Shown: positions 62,254 through 64,000 of the stretch, one piece after another
How positions within the stretch are numbered: position 1 is the first letter of the stretch
How the letters are laid out: each line of letters starts with the position of its first letter
Source of the DNA: a bacterium
GTDB lineage: Bacteria > UBA8248
NCBI GenBank assembly: GCA_965213625.1
Contig: CBDBZU010000004.1
Location: 2,496,001 to 2,560,000 of the forward strand
DNA length: 64,000 bases
Direction: 5' to 3'
The notes under the pieces: generated by a model
The model's database searches: none
The model's input: the letters and a program-made list of their open reading frames with translations, nothing else
Told to the model about the DNA's origin: nothing
Made by a program: the position numbers and the translations under genes

Positions 62254-62781
62254 ATGAATGAGAAGCGCGTCGGCCGCGGATGCGTGATACTTCGCCAGGG
62301 TGATATCACCGAATCAGATGTGGACGCCGTTGTGAACGCGGCCAACAACCATCTCTGGATGGGCGCAGGCGTCGCGGGCGCGATTAAGAGAAAAGGCGGG
62401 GAGGTCATAGAAGCCGAAGCCGTGTCCAAAGGGCCGATTCGAATCGGGGGCGCCGTTATCACGGGCGCCGGGGAACTCCCCGCCCGACACGTGATTCACG
62501 CGGCGGGCATGGGGACGGACCTGCGCACATCGCCCGAAATCGTGGAAGACTGCACCCGAGCGAGCCTCGAAGCGGCCGAGGAGAATTCGCTGAGCAGCAT
62601 CGCGTTTCCCGCTATCGGCACGGGTGTCGGGGGCTTGGATGTGAAGACGGTCTCCTCCGGTATGCTCAAGGTCTGCATGGCGCACTTGCAGGCGCCGAAG
62701 GGCACGCTTACCCGAATAGAGTTCGTGCTGTTCTCGGATGCCGACTTGGCTGCGTTTCAGGATGCGCTCGAAGCGTTTTAA
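62254..62781 (+). CDS. Macro domain protein (ADP-ribose binding/hydrolase)
   Basis: GDIT; VNAAN; GAGVAGAI; VIHA; AFPAIGTG. Confidence 0.93.
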   Translation: MNEKRVGRGCVILRQGDITESDVDAVVNAANNHLWMGAGVAGAIKRKGGEVIEAEAVSKGPIRIGGAVITGAGELPARHVIHAAGMGTDLRTSPEIVEDCTRASLEAAEENSLSSIAFPAIGTGVGGLDVKTVSSGMLKVCMAHLQAPKGTLTRIEFVLFSDADLAAFQDALEAF

Positions 62782-62898
62782 TCTTCAAGCGATGCAACCC
62801 TTGTGCCGCTCTCATGCCCGGCCGGAAAATGAGATGGTTCCGAGGCGATATTTAACTCTTGGTGAGACGAACCCCCTCCGCTTGTTGCTTCCAAACCC

Positions 62899-63888
62899 AT
62901 GAGTAGCAATAAATCGGGAAATCCACACCCCATCATCCTCGTTGTAGGAACCACTTGTTCGGGCAAAACGGCTTTTGGCGTAGCGCTGGCCAGGCGCTTC
63001 CGGGAAGAGGGAGTGTCCCTGGAGATAGTCGGGGCCGACGCCAGACAGATTTATCGGGGCATCGGCGTAGGCACCGCTAAACCCGGTCTGGATGTGCGCG
63101 GCGGCGTGCCGCATCATATGTTGGATGTCGCGGAACTGGGGGACACTTTTAGCGCAGCGCGTTATGCGGATGAAGCGAATCTTTGCATTGAGGACATTTA
63201 TCGCGCAGGCGCATATCCGCTCGTGGTGGGAGGGAGCGGTTTGTATATCCGCGCTTTGGTGGAGGGGTTTTTCGAGGGCCCAGAAGCGCAGCCCGAAATC
63301 AGGGAACGATTGGAAGCGGAGGCTTCAAGGAGAGGCCTTGCGGCCATGCACGAGCGCCTCTTGGCCGTCGACCCGGAAACGGCGGCGAAACTCCACCCCA
63401 ACGACCTGCGCCGGGTGGTTCGCGCCCTGGAGGTGTATGAGGCGACGGGCCGGCCGGTTTCACGGTTGCGCGCCGAGCAAAAAGCGCCCAGGTTCGCATC
63501 TCCGTTGTATATCGGTCTCAGGTATCCGGTATCCATCCTTGCAGAGCGGATCGAGCGCAGGGTGCGGCGGATGCTCTCGGACGGAATGCTGGAGGAGGTG
63601 GCGATGCTGGCAGAGATGAATCTCACCGACGCACGGGTTTTCGAGGGTCTAGGATTCCAGGAAGCCCTCGCGTTGCGCAGGGGAAAGATGACTGAGGATT
63701 ATGCGGTTCGGGAGATATCCCGGCTGCACCGCAACTATGCGAAAAGGCAGCGCACCTGGTTCCGCAGGCTCGAGGGCGTGAACTGGTATGATCCCGGCGA
63801 GGAGAATCTTGAGGTTTTATTACGAGATGCCCATGATAAGGTATCCCGATATCTGGAACTGGAGTCTCGGATGGAGGGTTCCTCTTGA
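62899..63888 (+). CDS. miaA: tRNA dimethylallyltransferase
   Basis: GTTCSGKT; D..QIYRG..VGTAKP; PHHMLD; VGGSGLY; HPND.RR..RALEV; YAKRQRTWF. Confidence 0.95.
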   Translation: MSSNKSGNPHPIILVVGTTCSGKTAFGVALARRFREEGVSLEIVGADARQIYRGIGVGTAKPGLDVRGGVPHHMLDVAELGDTFSAARYADEANLCIEDIYRAGAYPLVVGGSGLYIRALVEGFFEGPEAQPEIRERLEAEASRRGLAAMHERLLAVDPETAAKLHPNDLRRVVRALEVYEATGRPVSRLRAEQKAPRFASPLYIGLRYPVSILAERIERRVRRMLSDGMLEEVAMLAEMNLTDARVFEGLGFQEALALRRGKMTEDYAVREISRLHRNYAKRQRTWFRRLEGVNWYDPGEENLEVLLRDAHDKVSRYLELESRMEGSS

Positions 63889-64000
63889 GCGTCGTTCTCA
63901 TCGGTTTCAAGGGATGCGGTAAATCGACCATCGGACCTTTGCTCGCCGAAGAACTGGGGTTCTCTTTTCACGATCTCGACCATTTGATCGAACAAAGACA
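63885..64000 (+). CDS. aroK: Shikimate kinase, 5' part (runs off the window; not in the ORF track)
   Basis: TTG overlapping the miaA stop; reads SVVLIGFKGCGKSTIGPLLAEELGFSFHDLDHLIEQR. Confidence 0.8.
   Translation, partial: MSVVLIGFKGCGKSTIGPLLAEELGFSFHDLDHLIEQR

Noticed and set aside
62254-62781. Macro domain as a DarG antitoxin or Thoeris component
   Set aside because: Stand-alone YmdB-like size among core genes, with no darT or ths partner

Overview
Bacterial chromosomal window, about 60-65% GC by eye, with almost all genes on the + strand. Housekeeping blocks are rodZ-mfd-two SurA/PrsA-type PPIases-S4 protein; pyrR-pyrB-pyrC-carA-carB with a PyrR attenuator; tal-gdh-ABC exporter-alkA-dgt-degP-lepA-lepB-GT9-rsmA; icd-mdh-fumAB-sucCD-ndk; uvrA-truA; trpEGDC with a Trp leader peptide; and pheA-hisC-tyrA-cmk-rpsA-ihfB-macro-miaA-aroK (partial). 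There are two accessory patches. The first (15.7-21.3 kb) has an ankyrin protein, a low-GC gene split by an in-frame TAG, GTAG-type REP hairpins, a MITE, an ORF6N remnant, a ParDE pair, orphan HigA and ParD antitoxins and an internally deleted nitronate monooxygenase. The second (50.8-55.8 kb) has a hydrolase, an NtaA/DszA monooxygenase, a truncated Fic gene, a lipoprotein and an enolase-superfamily enzyme. The most striking unexplained signal is a pair of 49-bp non-coding inverted repeats (46/49 identical, helically phased GATAAA boxes) at 21665-21713 and 34244-34292, which bracket a ~12.5-kb stretch of core genes with markedly lower GC. No rRNA, tRNA, CRISPR array, transposase or integrase was seen. 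All product calls come from motif recognition, not database searches; GC values are estimates from sampled lines.
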